Source: Candidatus Palauibacter poriticola (lineage in GTDB: Bacteria > Gemmatimonadota > Gemmatimonadetes > Palauibacterales > Palauibacteraceae). From it: DNA of 64,000 bases. The position numbers were made by a program, and so were the translations under genes. Position 1 is the first letter of the stretch. Every line of letters starts with the position of its first letter. The notes below the pieces were generated by a model, which was not told where the DNA came from, made no database searches, and saw nothing but the letters and a program-made list of their open reading frames with translations. Positions 38,749 to 48,731 of this stretch are shown here, in pieces. The DNA is taken from contig JAAXHJ010000070.1 of NCBI GenBank assembly GCA_012270965.1, positions 8,083 to 72,082 on the forward strand, given 5' to 3'.

Positions 38749-39135
38749 CTAGTCGAGATGGACGAGGGAGACGTCCATCGCCTCGGCGGCGCGCAGCATC
38801 CGGACATCGTAACTTGCAAGCCGCACCGGGTGCCCACGGCCTCTAAGGAACTCCAAGGCCGCCAAGTGCAGGGCATCGAGGGTCCGAATGGGGACGGGGA
38901 ACTTCTCGACGGCTCGTGCGAGCACGGGCGGCGCCAACTCCAGCAATGAGATCCGAGCGATCAACTCGTGCGCGGCCTCCAGTTGCGGCGTCGCCGCCTC
39001 CCGGGCATGGAGGCGCGCCCATATCTCGTATTCCAGCAGGCGGCTCGAGACCAGAGTCTCAGTCCAGAACGAGGTCGGCGGACGGCGGTCTTCGGACAAC
39101 AAGTGCGCGAGGGCGACTGACGTGTCGACGTCTAC
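38749..39135 (-). pseudogene. PIN-domain (VapC) toxin lacking an evident start codon and antitoxin
   Basis: VDTSVALAHLLSED...SSRLLEYE...IRTLDALHLA...LASYD. The VDTS motif lies upstream of the first in-frame start codon (TTG 39102). Confidence 0.7.
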
Positions 39136-39139
39136 ATCG

Positions 39140-39679
39140 TCAAGGGCGTGGCCGGCCGGACTCGCCGATCCGCTCCAGGCGCGCGGCTTGCCAGACGGTG
39201 GCCACCGCGGCCGCGCTGGCGAGGAGGTGCAGGGCGAGGCCGATCTCCTCGGCGGACTCCAGGGCGCCGGCGCGATCGAGGAGGAGGCGCCAGTCGTGCG
39301 GGTGGTCTCCGATCAGAGGGAGGGCGAGGCGGTTCGCGTCGGCCAGGTATTCCGCCGTGTACATGAGGCTTTCGGCGGACCACAGGGCGCTGACCGCCGC
39401 CGGGACGGCCTCGCCCCGCCGCCACAGCCGGAAGGTGAGATAGGGGGGCACGGCGAGTTGAAGCGCGGGCCCGGCCAGCACGGCGAGCGTTTCTCCGCCG
39501 GCCGAGACCCGGGCGAGCGGCCGGAAGATGAGGTGGCCCGCCTCGTGGATGAGGAGGTTGATTCCGTCCACCCAGTGGTAGCGGTAGAAGAAGACGAGCC
39601 ACGCCGCGTACACGCACATGACGACGAGCCCCACCCGCCGCGGCCCGACCGTCTTCCAGAGCCACGAAAAGATCTTCAC
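39140..39679 (-). CDS. Membrane protein with HExxH motif (M50-like)
   Basis: Hydrophobic segments; INLLIHEAGHLIF, LAGPALQ, YLADA, HDW. Confidence 0.75.
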   Translation of the reverse strand: MKIFSWLWKTVGPRRVGLVVMCVYAAWLVFFYRYHWVDGINLLIHEAGHLIFRPLARVSAGGETLAVLAGPALQLAVPPYLTFRLWRRGEAVPAAVSALWSAESLMYTAEYLADANRLALPLIGDHPHDWRLLLDRAGALESAEEIGLALHLLASAAAVATVWQAARLERIGESGRPRP

Positions 39680-39783
39680 GCGGGAAGGCTCCCACTCCGA
39701 CTATGGCGGCGCACCCGGAGGCCGGGGCGGAGCCGCGGCCCGCCACCGGTCCGGGCCCGGCCCCCGCGTGCGAAGGCCGGCAC

Positions 39784-42700
39784 CTACCCGTTCGGCGGCC
39801 AGGCGGGTAGGGCGCGGCCCGTCGTCCACGGTACGCCGGCCTCCTCCAGCCGCGCCTCCAGCGCCGGCAGGTCGGTCTCGACCAGTTGCCGCATGCCGGG
39901 GTAGAGCGCGGTGAAGGCGTCGTTCGCGATCCGGTACTGCTCACGGTGCGTTTGCGTCGGGCCGTGCAGGCCGCTCCAGTGGCCGCGCACGACCTGGTTC
40001 ACGCGGGCCACGATCCCCGGCATGTCGGGCTCGGCGCGGGAGGCCCGCGTGCGCGAGCCGTTCAGCGTCTCCTGCAGGTCGAGGAGCCGCAGCTCGAGCG
40101 CGCGGGCCTCCTGCCGGAGGGCCGGATCGGCCGCCGGCCAGCGGTCCAAGGCCTGCTTCATGGCCGAGATGCGCGCCATCGCGGCCGCCGCCACACGCTG
40201 CGTCCCGGAGACGGCGCGCAGCAGCTCCCCGGTCTGTCGCTGGAAGGCGAGCACGGCCGCCCGGTCCTGGGGCGGGATCGCCGAGCCCCCTATGGGCGCG
40301 ATCTCGAACGGCACCGGCCCGGCCAGCTCGGTCACCTCGCCGTCCACGCGCTGCGAGAGCGACACCGTATAGCTCCCCGGGAGCGCCATGGGCCCGTTGC
40401 CGCCGCCGCCCCCGAATCCGCCGAAGCCGCCCCCGCCACCACCGCCGCCGACCACCGGGTTGTAGCCCGGGTACCGGTAGTTCCAGGTTGCCCGGCGCAT
40501 GCCCCGCGAGGTGGATCCGTTCACCGTGTTCACGATGTTCCCGTCCGCATCCCGGATCGTGAGAAACACCCGCGGATCCTCCTCCCGGTCCTCCGCCTCG
40601 AGTTCCTCCCACGTCGGGTACGGCGTATCCTCCCCCCGCCGCTGCAGCCGCCGCTCCTCGGCCCGCCGCGCCGCCTCGCGCGTGCGCAGCGTCTCGGCCA
40701 CGTAGTAGGTGAACGTGACCCCGAACGACGGATTGTCCGCCGTGTAGAAGTCCGACCCGCTCGTCCCCCCGGGGCTCCAGCGCAGGAACATCTCCCCGTC
40801 TTTCACCTCGAAGATGTGCCCCTCCAAGGCGAGAATCTCGTCCGAACGCGCCGCCAGCTCACGCAGCGGCGTGTAGTCGTCGACCACGTAGAAGCTGCGC
40901 CCGAACGTCGCCGCGACGAGATCACCCTCCCGCTTCTGGATCTCCAGCTCCCGCACCGGGATCGTCGGCAGTCCGGTCCCGATTTCGAGCCACGACTCGC
41001 CCCCGTTCACCGACGTGAAGGCCGAGAATTCCGTCCCCAGGAAGAGGAGATCCGGCTCCACGTGGTCCTGCACGATCGAGAACGCGGGCCCGTTCTCCGG
41101 CAGATCCCCCGAAATCGAGCTCCACGTCCCGCCCCGGTCCGTCGACTTCAGCACGTAGGGCCGGAAGTCGCCCCGCTTGAAGTTGTTGATGACGGCGAAC
41201 ACGGTGTTCGGGTCGTGCAGCGACGCCTCCACGTCGTGTACGAAGCTCGTGTCCGGCACCCCCGGGAAGCTCTCCACCGCGCGCCAGGTCGCGCCCCCGT
41301 CCTCCGTCACCTGCACGAGCCCGTCGTCCGTGCCCACGTAGATGAGCCCCTCCACGAACGGGGACTCGGAAATCGACACGATGTGCCCGTACACCGAGGT
41401 CGAGCGGTTCTTGCCCACCGCGTCCACGCTCCACACCCGGCCCATCACCTCGAGCTGGTTGCGGTCGAGGTTCCGCGTGAGGTCGCCCGAGATCGGCCGC
41501 CAAGTCGAGGCCTGGTCGTCCGACTGGAAGAGGATCTGGGCCCCGTAGTAGAGACGGTGGTTGTCGTGCGGAGACATGTGGAGTCCCGCGTCCCAGTACC
41601 AGCGGAGCGGGGGACCGTCCGCATCCTCCTGCGGCTGGATGTCGAGCCGTTCCCTCGAGACGCGGTCGAAGCGCGACAGCACGCCGTTCTGCAGCTGCGA
41701 GTAGATGATGTCCGGATTCTCGGGGTCGATGACGGGGTCGAAGCCGTCGCCCCCCAGCGTCACGTACCAGTCCGAGTTCCGGATCCCCGCGTTGTCGGCC
41801 GTCTGCGAGGGGCCGCCGAGCGTGTTGTTGTCCTGCGTTCCCCCGTACACGTAGTAGAACGGCTCGTCGTTCGAGGTCGCGACCTTGTAGAACTGGGTGA
41901 GCGGCAGGTTGCTGAAGAAGTTCCAGCTCTCCCCGAAGTCCCACGTCTCGTACAGCCCCCCGTCGTTGCCGAGGATGATGTGCTCCGGGTCGTCCGGGTC
42001 GAACGCGATCGCGTGGTGGTCGACGTGGACGCCCTGCGTGGGGAGCCGCCCCCACGTCTCCCCGCCGTCGTCCGACATCTGCACGAAGGTGTCGAGCGAG
42101 TAGATGCGGTCGAAGCGGTGCGGGTCCGCGTACAGCTCGTGGTAGTACATGGCCGCGCCCGACTGGTAGCTGGAGGTCCGCGACCAGTTCTCCCCCATGT
42201 TCTCCGAGCGGAAGGTGCCGCCGGCGTCGCCGCCCGCCTCCACGATCGCGTACAGAACGTCCGGGTTCTGGGGCGAGATCGCGAACCCAATGCGGCCCTT
42301 GTCTCCCGAGGGGAGGCCGCGGTTGATCTCGCGCCACGTGTTCCCGCCGTCCGTCGACTTGTGGATTCCCGAGCCCGGCCCGCCGTCGATCATCGTCCAC
42401 TGGTGGCGCCGCCGCTGCCACGAGGTCGCGTACATCACGTCCGGGTTTCGCGGGTCGAAGTAGACCTCGTTCACCCCCGTGTGCTCGTCGATCTCGAGCA
42501 CGAGTTCCCAGCTCTCGCCGCCGTCCAGCGTCCGGTACAGCCCGCGCTCGCCGCCCGCGTTCCACAGCGGCCCCTGCGCCGCCACGAAGACGACGTCGGA
42601 ATCGTCCGGATGTACTTGGATCTTCCCGATGTGCTCGGAGGTCTCGAGTCCCACGTTGCGGAACGAGCGCCCGCCGTCGATCGACTTGTACACGCCGTCC

Positions 42701-43170
42701 CCGTACCCGACCGAGCGCTGCCCGTTGTTCTCCCCCGTCCCCACCCAGAGCGTGAGATGGTCGTTGGGGTCGAGCGCGATGGCCCCGATGGAATAGGACC
42801 CGTAGCTGTCAAAGATCGGCGTCCACGTCGTCCCCGCGTTCGTCGTCTTCCACACGTTCCCGGAGGAGGCCGCCACGTACCACACGCTCCGGTCCGTGGG
42901 ATCAACCGCGATGTCCGCGATCCGCCCGGAGGCCGAGGCGGGCCCGATGCTCCGCCACCGGATGCCGGAGATGAACCCCGCGTTCAGTTCGGGCGGGCCG
43001 TCCTCGTCGCCCTCGCCTACCTGGGCGGCGAGCGCCCCTGGACCGCCCGGCAGACCGGGACCGCCGAGAGCGCCGAGGGTCGCCATCCCCGCGAGGAGGA
43101 GGGCGGGGAAGCGGAAGATGACGCCGCGGCGGGCGCCCGGGTTCGCGTGGAACCGTTCAGAATCGATCAT
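39784..43170 (-). CDS. Secreted BNR/Asp-box repeat (VPS10-like) glycosyl-hydrolase-family propeller protein
   Basis: Signal peptide; WRSIGPASASGRIADIAVDP; many S/T-x-D-x-G-x-T/S-W Asp boxes; VHVDHHA; YGGTQDN; ATFGRSFYVVDD. Start ATG 43170. Confidence 0.9.
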   Translation of the reverse strand: MIDSERFHANPGARRGVIFRFPALLLAGMATLGALGGPGLPGGPGALAAQVGEGDEDGPPELNAGFISGIRWRSIGPASASGRIADIAVDPTDRSVWYVAASSGNVWKTTNAGTTWTPIFDSYGSYSIGAIALDPNDHLTLWVGTGENNGQRSVGYGDGVYKSIDGGRSFRNVGLETSEHIGKIQVHPDDSDVVFVAAQGPLWNAGGERGLYRTLDGGESWELVLEIDEHTGVNEVYFDPRNPDVMYATSWQRRRHQWTMIDGGPGSGIHKSTDGGNTWREINRGLPSGDKGRIGFAISPQNPDVLYAIVEAGGDAGGTFRSENMGENWSRTSSYQSGAAMYYHELYADPHRFDRIYSLDTFVQMSDDGGETWGRLPTQGVHVDHHAIAFDPDDPEHIILGNDGGLYETWDFGESWNFFSNLPLTQFYKVATSNDEPFYYVYGGTQDNNTLGGPSQTADNAGIRNSDWYVTLGGDGFDPVIDPENPDIIYSQLQNGVLSRFDRVSRERLDIQPQEDADGPPLRWYWDAGLHMSPHDNHRLYYGAQILFQSDDQASTWRPISGDLTRNLDRNQLEVMGRVWSVDAVGKNRSTSVYGHIVSISESPFVEGLIYVGTDDGLVQVTEDGGATWRAVESFPGVPDTSFVHDVEASLHDPNTVFAVINNFKRGDFRPYVLKSTDRGGTWSSISGDLPENGPAFSIVQDHVEPDLLFLGTEFSAFTSVNGGESWLEIGTGLPTIPVRELEIQKREGDLVAATFGRSFYVVDDYTPLRELAARSDEILALEGHIFEVKDGEMFLRWSPGGTSGSDFYTADNPSFGVTFTYYVAETLRTREAARRAEERRLQRRGEDTPYPTWEELEAEDREEDPRVFLTIRDADGNIVNTVNGSTSRGMRRATWNYRYPGYNPVVGGGGGGGGFGGFGGGGGNGPMALPGSYTVSLSQRVDGEVTELAGPVPFEIAPIGGSAIPPQDRAAVLAFQRQTGELLRAVSGTQRVAAAAMARISAMKQALDRWPAADPALRQEARALELRLLDLQETLNGSRTRASRAEPDMPGIVARVNQVVRGHWSGLHGPTQTHREQYRIANDAFTALYPGMRQLVETDLPALEARLEEAGVPWTTGRALPAWPPNG

Positions 43171-43299
43171 GATCGCACCTTGTGAGCGTTGGCCGTGGCG
43201 TTGAACCCTCGCCGCCGGGAGATTCGCGGCTTGGGAAAGTCGGTCGGGGGGCGGGAGGCGGGCAACCCACTCGGAATCGGTCCCGATCGCACGTTGCGA

Positions 43300-43668
43300 G
43301 AGTCGGCTCCCGTATTCTTGGTCGCCTCGACCCGCCCATGAGGCTTCGAGCCGTCGGGAGCCCGCGGCGTCGCTGCGGCCGCCGAGACGCCGCTCCAGCT
43401 TCTCGAATTCACGCCGGATCTCGTGGCGAAGTTCGTACCGCCAGGTCTTGGACTTGGCGCTGGAGTCTTGGCATCTCTCGTCGATCCTCGCCTCGAATTC
43501 CCGATGCCTGCGCTTACGGTCGCGAAGCTTCCCGTCGCGCGAGATGGACCCCACGGTGTAGTCCGCGTTGCTGGAGTTCGTCGAGCGCCGCCCCTGGCCA
43601 CGCACCGTCCACACGATCGCCGCTCCGCTGACGGAAACGGCGATCCCGACCCACTCGGACAGGTCCAC
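43300..43668 (-). other. Possible degenerate small protein (N-terminal TM plus coiled coil)
   Basis: GTG 43668 after GGGAGG; MDLSEWVGIAVSVSGAAIVW...EFEARIDE...ELRHEIRREFEKLERRL; no stop before the VPS10-like gene. Confidence 0.3.
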
Positions 43669-43899
43669 ACCCTCCCCTTACATCGTCATGCCGTGGGCCC
43701 GTCCCGCGACATCGCCCCGGGGTGCCCCCAGCCCCGCGAACGAAACTCCAACGCGCGTCCCCGCCGCGACGGCACCAAGCGTCAACGAGGCGGTCCCGGA
43801 GTGCCGTCCGCGCATGGCGGCCTCGCGTTCTCACGGCTATCGTTTCGCCGTCATCCCCGGTAATCCGAGTCGCGAAGGAAGCGAGGTGGTACGCACTTC

Positions 43900-44541
43900 A
43901 TGCATGGTGATATCCGAGACGCCCCCGCCTACGGGATTTCCGAGGCGGCACGGTTCATCCGCGTACCAAGGGCCACGCTCGCGTACTGGACTGGCGGGCC
44001 CAATCCGCTGATCGGAACGCCTCCGTCCGGCGGGGGTCTGTCGTTCAACACCCTCGTCGAGGCTCACGTTCTCCGCGCTCTGCGGAAGGTCCACGGCGCT
44101 CGAATGGCGAACGTGCGGTCGGCACTTCTGTACGCGGAGAAGCAGTTGGGGATCTCTCGCCTGCTTCTGCACGACGAACTCCTCACCAACGGGGGCGAGC
44201 TGTTCCTGGAGCACCTTGATCAACTGATCAACCTGTCGCGATCGGGCCAACTCGCGCTTCGAAAGCTGCTGGAGAACTGCCTTGACCGGGTAGAGCGCGA
44301 CGAGCAGCGGCTCCCGTTCCGGTTCTTTCCCGTGCTTCCACGGGAGTCGGCGAACGAGAGAGCTATTTCGATCAACCCGAGAGTCTCGTTCGGTCGTCCC
44401 GTGCTGGCTGGATCCGGCGTGTCCACTCGCGCCGTCGTGGACCGTATCGACGCCGGCGAGGAGATGGCCGAGGTCGCACGCGACTACGATCTGACCAAGA
44501 TCCAGATTCAGGACGCCGTCCTCTACGAGGCGGCCGCGTAG
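43900..44541 (+). CDS. DUF433-domain antitoxin (VapB45-like)
   Basis: PAYGISEAARFIRVPRATLAYW HTH; LSFNTLVEAHVL; ISINPRVSFGRPVLAGSGV...AGEEMAEVARDYDL. Confidence 0.88.
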   Translation: MHGDIRDAPAYGISEAARFIRVPRATLAYWTGGPNPLIGTPPSGGGLSFNTLVEAHVLRALRKVHGARMANVRSALLYAEKQLGISRLLLHDELLTNGGELFLEHLDQLINLSRSGQLALRKLLENCLDRVERDEQRLPFRFFPVLPRESANERAISINPRVSFGRPVLAGSGVSTRAVVDRIDAGEEMAEVARDYDLTKIQIQDAVLYEAAA

Positions 44542-44545
44542 GCCA

Positions 44546-44840
44546 ATACCTACCTACTTCGTCGACCGCGACCTCGGCCGTTACGTCTTCGCGGGCGTTC
44601 TCCGAGAGGCGGGCCTCGATGTCGAGGTCCACGACGACCACTTTGCGCCGGATACGCCCGATGAGGATTGGCTCCGGGCGGTCGCGTCGTGCGGCTGGGT
44701 CATCGTTACGGGCGACAGGGCGATCCTGCGAACCAGACTTGAGATGGCTGCCATCCGCGAGTCCCAAGCAGTGGTTCTCGTCGTGATCGGCACTGCGTAT
44801 ATCCGGCCCGGCGCCAAGTGGCGTCTTCGCATCCTCCGTC
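44546..44840 (+). pseudogene. VapC45-like (PIN_10) toxin with no canonical start and a shortened C-terminus
   Basis: Hand translation TYFVDRDLGRYVFAGVLREAGLDVEVHDDHFAPDTPDEDWLRAVASCGWVIVTGDRAI...EMAAI, directly after the DUF433 stop. Confidence 0.75.
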
Positions 44841-45586
44841 AAGGGACCGGACCACGAAAGACCTCTCTTCGGTGCCATCCAACGAAATCGGCGGCGGGTG
44901 CCATGGTTGGTGCCTGCGGACGCCGAATCCGGCTGCCGGAGAAGTCAACGAGCGATCCGGTCGTCTCACCCCGCACGTCGTGCGAGATGAGCACGGTGAA
45001 GCCCGTACCTTTCCGTTCCTCCAGACCCAGTGCCCCGGCGTCGAAGGACTTGTGATGCAGGAGGCAGAGAGCCAGGCCGTTCGTCACGTCATCGGGCCCC
45101 CCATGCGAATGCCACCGGATATGAGCGGCCTCGACGCCGAGTACCCGGTCCCCGAGCCGGATGTCGAGATCACAGACCGAGCAGCGTTCGCCGTACGCGT
45201 CGAGCACTCTCTTGCGGAACAGGGGGTTGCGTCGGCGTCGGCGTGCGAGGAACGAGTAGATCGTCGGCGGGGCGTCGTCCCGCTCGAGGACCCTCGCCGC
45301 TCGCGTTCTTGCGGAGGTCCGAGTATCGAGGAATCTGCCAGAGTCCATCGCTGAGCAACCACCGGAAGGGATACTGGGGACGGACCGTACTCCTCGGCGA
45401 CCCGAAACTCCGCATCAGTTGGCCGACTTGGCGGTCCACTTCCGCGTAGGGCACCAGCCGGTCGCGATCGCGCAGCAGGCGGCCGAGCGCGAAGAGGAGG
45501 AGCAACGGCTTATGCGGTGCCCGTGTGCCGCGATGCTCGTGCGTGCGGAGCCCGGCGAGCCGAGCGAGGAATTCGCTGGACGTCAC
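44839..45586 (-). pseudogene. SBD-HNH (phosphorothioate-DNA-dependent-like) restriction endonuclease, internally deleted and frameshifted
   Basis: N-part RAPHKPLLLLFALGR...PQYPFRWLLSDGLW; C-part in another frame, RNPLFRKRVLDAYGERCSVC...EAAHIRW...NGLALCLLHHKSFDAG...WHRREVF; junction ~45295. Confidence 0.8.
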
Positions 45587-45619
45587 TGCGCCACTCGATC
45601 TCTCCTCCACCGCCCCATC

Positions 45620-45858
45620 CTATGCTTCAACCCGGAAGACCTGCTCCCGATGATACGACAGGAAGTGCGGGTGCGGACGGTGCGACGGCATGTCCGGCAC
45701 CTTCAAGCGCCGGTCGTCGTTGATGATGCGGAAGAGAAATTGCCGGGAATGGCCCTCTCCCTGAACAGTAGGGTGTCATCGGCGACTGAGATGAGGCCGC
45801 AGTCGAACATCCAATGCGCGGTTCCGCACAGCGCCAGACCGTTGCGCATGCTGGTCAT
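45620..45858 (-). pseudogene. Second HNH endonuclease remnant (start plus C-terminus only)
   Basis: GGAGAG-ATG ACC directly followed by SMRNGLALCGTAHWMFDCGLIS; after a frameshift near 45745 it reads RIINDDRRLKVP...RPHPHFLSYHREQVFRVEA*. Confidence 0.7.
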
Positions 45859-46137
45859 TGTTCTCTCCGCCGTGGTTGTTGAATCGTTTGAGCGCCTCTC
45901 AAGGCAACCTCGGTTGAGGCCGGGTGGCCACCGTCCCCGTTGTCGGGGGCGCCTGTCAGGGGAATACCCTATCAGCGGAGACGTCCTTCGCCATAGCTTC
46001 GCTGGACCACGTCCGGAACCTCGAGGCGGCGGGCGAGGGGGGGGGAAGATCCGAAATGGAAGCGTGTCGATTTCTCCGGCCATGTATTCGATCATGGTCG
46101 CAAGGCTGACGCGCGCCCGGTCGAGCCAACCTCAACG

Positions 46138-47347
46138 GTGGAAGGGGGGTGGCCAGCCGATCCGATCCTCGTGCAGGAACACGCAGCGGCCTTCGTCGTC
46201 GGGCCGGTAGATCGCCACCATCTCCGGGAGACCGCCGCACTCCCGGTCGTCGCCCTGCTGGGGGCACGGCAGGTGGGGAAGACCACGCTCGCCCGGCAGC
46301 TGGCGGCGGCGTACTTCGAGCCCGTGGCTTGGTTCGACCTGGAGGATCCCGCCGATCTCGCACGGTTGGATGATCCGGGACTGGAGCTGCGGCCGCTCGA
46401 GGGTCTCGTGGTTCTGGATGAGATCCACCGCCTGCCCGATATCTTCCAGCTCCTGCGCGTCCTCGCGGATCGCCCCGGTCCTCCGGCGCGTTTCCTCGTG
46501 CTAGGGAGCGCGTCACCCGCACTCCTGCGGCAGACGTCGGAGTCGCTCGCCGGACGCGTTGCGTTCCACGAACTCGACGGCTTCGGCCTCACCGAGCTGG
46601 ACGACTTGGAACGGCTCTGGCTCCGCGGTGGGTTCCCGCGCTCGTACCTGGCTCGATCGGAACCCGCAAGCCGTCGGTGGCGCGACGGGTTCATCCGCAC
46701 GCTACTGGCGCGGGACCTCCCGGAACTCGGGAGCACCATCCCGTCGGCGACGCTCCGCCGCTTCTGGGCGATGCTCGCTCACTGGCACGGACAGATCTGG
46801 AGCGGCGCCGAGTTCGCCCGCGCCTTTGGCGTCTCCCACGCAACGGTCCGGCGGTATCTCGACCTGCTGACCTCCGTCCTCGTGGTGCGGCAGCTCCAGC
46901 ACTGGTTCGAAAACATCAGCAAACGCCAAGTGCGCTCGCCGAAGGTCTACATCGGCGACTCGGGCATCCTGCACGCGCTGCTCGGGCTCACCAAGCGGAC
47001 GGATGTTGTGTCGCATCCCAAGGTGGGGGCTTCGTGGGAAGGGTTCGTCGTCCAACAGATCGTTCATCTGCTGCGCGCCCCCTCGGAGCAGTGCTTCCAC
47101 TGGTCCACGCACACGGGTGCGAGGCTCGACCTTCTCGTGATGGACGGAGCGCGGCGATACGGCTTCGAGGTCAAGCGTTCGGAGGCGCCCCGCCTCACGC
47201 GATCCACGCGTTCGGCGGTGGAGACCCTGACTCGACCGCCTCGACGTGGTCCACGCCGGCCCGAAACGCTACCGGCTCGCCGATGATGTTCGCGCACTCC
47301 CCGCCGCCGAACTCGCAGACACGATGGATCCCTTGCCCGGCAGCTGA
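46138..47347 (+). CDS. AAA_14 plus DUF4143 ATP-binding protein, frameshifted near the C-terminus
   Basis: LLGARQVGKTTLA, LDEIHR, LGSAS, LRGGFP, SPKVYIGDSG, GASWEGF, GFEVK. The natural tail LDRLDVVHAGPKRYRLADDVRALP...* continues in another frame after ~47230 to TGA 47347. Start uncertain. Confidence 0.85.
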
Positions 47348-47359
47348 AGGGGACACTCG

Positions 47360-47690
47360 ATGCTACAGCAGTTTGACGAGCGGAACCCGGGTCCGGTCCT
47401 CCGCCCCCGCGCTCGCCTTCGCGGAGATCCGCCGGACGCTCGCCGCCAACCGCATGCGCGACGGGGTGCACATCCGGCTCACGCCGACGCGGGGCGTGAA
47501 GTTCACCAGCGGCATGGATCCGCGCCTCAACCGGTTGGGTCCCACGCTCATCGTGCTCGCCGAGCACAAGGCGCCGGCCTACGAGCGCTCGGGCCTCAAG
47601 CGGACGGGTCGCCGGGGCCGCTCACGAAGCGGCTCGGAGACCTCTATTGGGCTCTGGCCGCGCAAGAAGGGGTCGTCGTGGTCGGCCGCG
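47360..47690 (+). pseudogene. Class IV aminotransferase remnant with several internal deletions
   Basis: Pieces in different frames: MLQQFDERN | RSSAPALAFAEIRRTLAANRMRDGVHIRLTPTRGVKFTSGMDPR...TLIVLAEHK | DGSPGPLTKRLGDLY. Confidence 0.7.
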
Positions 47691-47744
47691 AGCCATCGAC
47701 CCGGCGGGCGGTCACGCGTCGTCTCGCCATCGTCGACGCGGACA

Positions 47745-47835
47745 CATTAGCACGGACCTCCACCCGAACGGCGCCATCGGATGCCTCGCACACGATGACC
47801 CCGCCGCCGTCAAGACCCGTTCCGGTTTCTCCCAT
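47745..47835 (-). pseudogene. RhuM/Fic-associated protein N-terminal fragment
   Basis: GAGGAGGAG RBS; MGETGTGLDGGGVIVCEASDGAVRVEVR resembles RhuM-family N-termini, then similarity ends. Confidence 0.45.
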
Positions 47836-47846
47836 CGTTCTCCTCC

Positions 47847-48395
47847 TCACCTCGTCAGTATGCGGTCCAGCCGGTCCAGCGCCTCGCGGACATCCCGCAA
47901 GGCGGACTCGGCGATGGACTCGGGAGGGCGAACTCCGTACGGTTCCGCCAGCTCCCGCACCGTCGTCGGCTCCGGGCCCTCCAGCTCGATGATCGTGAAC
48001 GGCACATGGCGGTAACCGCGCCTCATGCGGTATACGGAGAAGTGCCGCCGATCGAACGTGAACACCCGGTCGATCCCGAAGCGCTCTCCTACACAGACCA
48101 GAGAGGCGTCCGCAAAATCCATCGGCGTATCCGCGTACCGGACGATGAGGTCGAAGCAGCGTTGCAGATCCCCGTCCTCCAACCGGGACACGGCGAGCGG
48201 GCCGTCCAGCACCAGGTCCATGAGGCCTCGGCACGCCCGCTGACGGCGCGCCAACAAGTGGAAGGCCTCCGTGAGCGCCGGCGTCGTCGTGACGGCCTCA
48301 TCGCGCAGAGCCGAGAGGGTCCGGCCGCACGCGACATGCCCGGGCTCGGACGGATCGAACGCGGCCACCAGGGGCCCCGTGTCGATCAGGATCAC
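47847..48395 (-). CDS. vapC: PIN-domain (VapC) toxin
   Basis: MILIDTGPLVA, LTEAFHLL, MDFADASLV, VFTFDRRHF; GTG overlaps the antitoxin stop. Confidence 0.9.
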   Translation of the reverse strand: MILIDTGPLVAAFDPSEPGHVACGRTLSALRDEAVTTTPALTEAFHLLARRQRACRGLMDLVLDGPLAVSRLEDGDLQRCFDLIVRYADTPMDFADASLVCVGERFGIDRVFTFDRRHFSVYRMRRGYRHVPFTIIELEGPEPTTVRELAEPYGVRPPESIAESALRDVREALDRLDRILTR

Positions 48396-48697
48396 CGGCT
48401 GTGTCTCTCCCGGATGATCTCCGCCACGGCTTCCTTGTGCCGTCGACGCGGCATGGGCGCGGATTCGGCCTCGTCCGGAGCCCCGGTCGGCCCGTCGTCG
48501 TATCGCCGCATGATACGCTGGTAGGCTTCGCCGATCGTCTCGTCCCTCCTGCCGCCCAGCCGGATGCCGTTCACGTACGTGTCGTAGGACCGGAGACCCC
48601 GCTTCAACACCTCCGAGATCGAGTGACCGGTCTTTTTCCGGAGATCCTCGAGGATCTCCTCTTCTTCTTCATTGAGTCGTACGGTCCGCAGGCCCAT
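48392..48697 (-). CDS. Ribbon-helix-helix antitoxin (VapB-like)
   Basis: MGLRTVRLNEEEEEILEDLRKKTGHSISEVLKRGL RHH pattern; 4-bp overlap with vapC. Confidence 0.82.
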   Translation of the reverse strand: MGLRTVRLNEEEEEILEDLRKKTGHSISEVLKRGLRSYDTYVNGIRLGGRRDETIGEAYQRIMRRYDDGPTGAPDEAESAPMPRRRHKEAVAEIIRERHSR

Positions 48698-48731
48698 CGG
48701 CCTTCCCCCGGCTCTCGTGTAGCGTGACTGG

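Noticed and set aside
39886-43185. 1099-aa plus-strand ORF and similar long antisense ORFs (e.g. 48392-51580, 14674-17229, 5622-7670)
   Set aside because: Antisense shadows of high-GC genes with no recognisable motifs; only the last 101 codons of 48392-51580 are a real gene (the antitoxin).
39784-43668. 1294-aa ORF as a single fusion protein
   Set aside because: The signal peptide and family N-terminus begin at ATG 43170; the upstream part looks like read-through from a separate degenerate ORF.
45970-46135. Possible C-terminal gene fragment on the minus strand with a G9 tract (phase variation)
   Set aside because: No identifiable protein family or intact gene for the tract to switch; more likely a decayed remnant.
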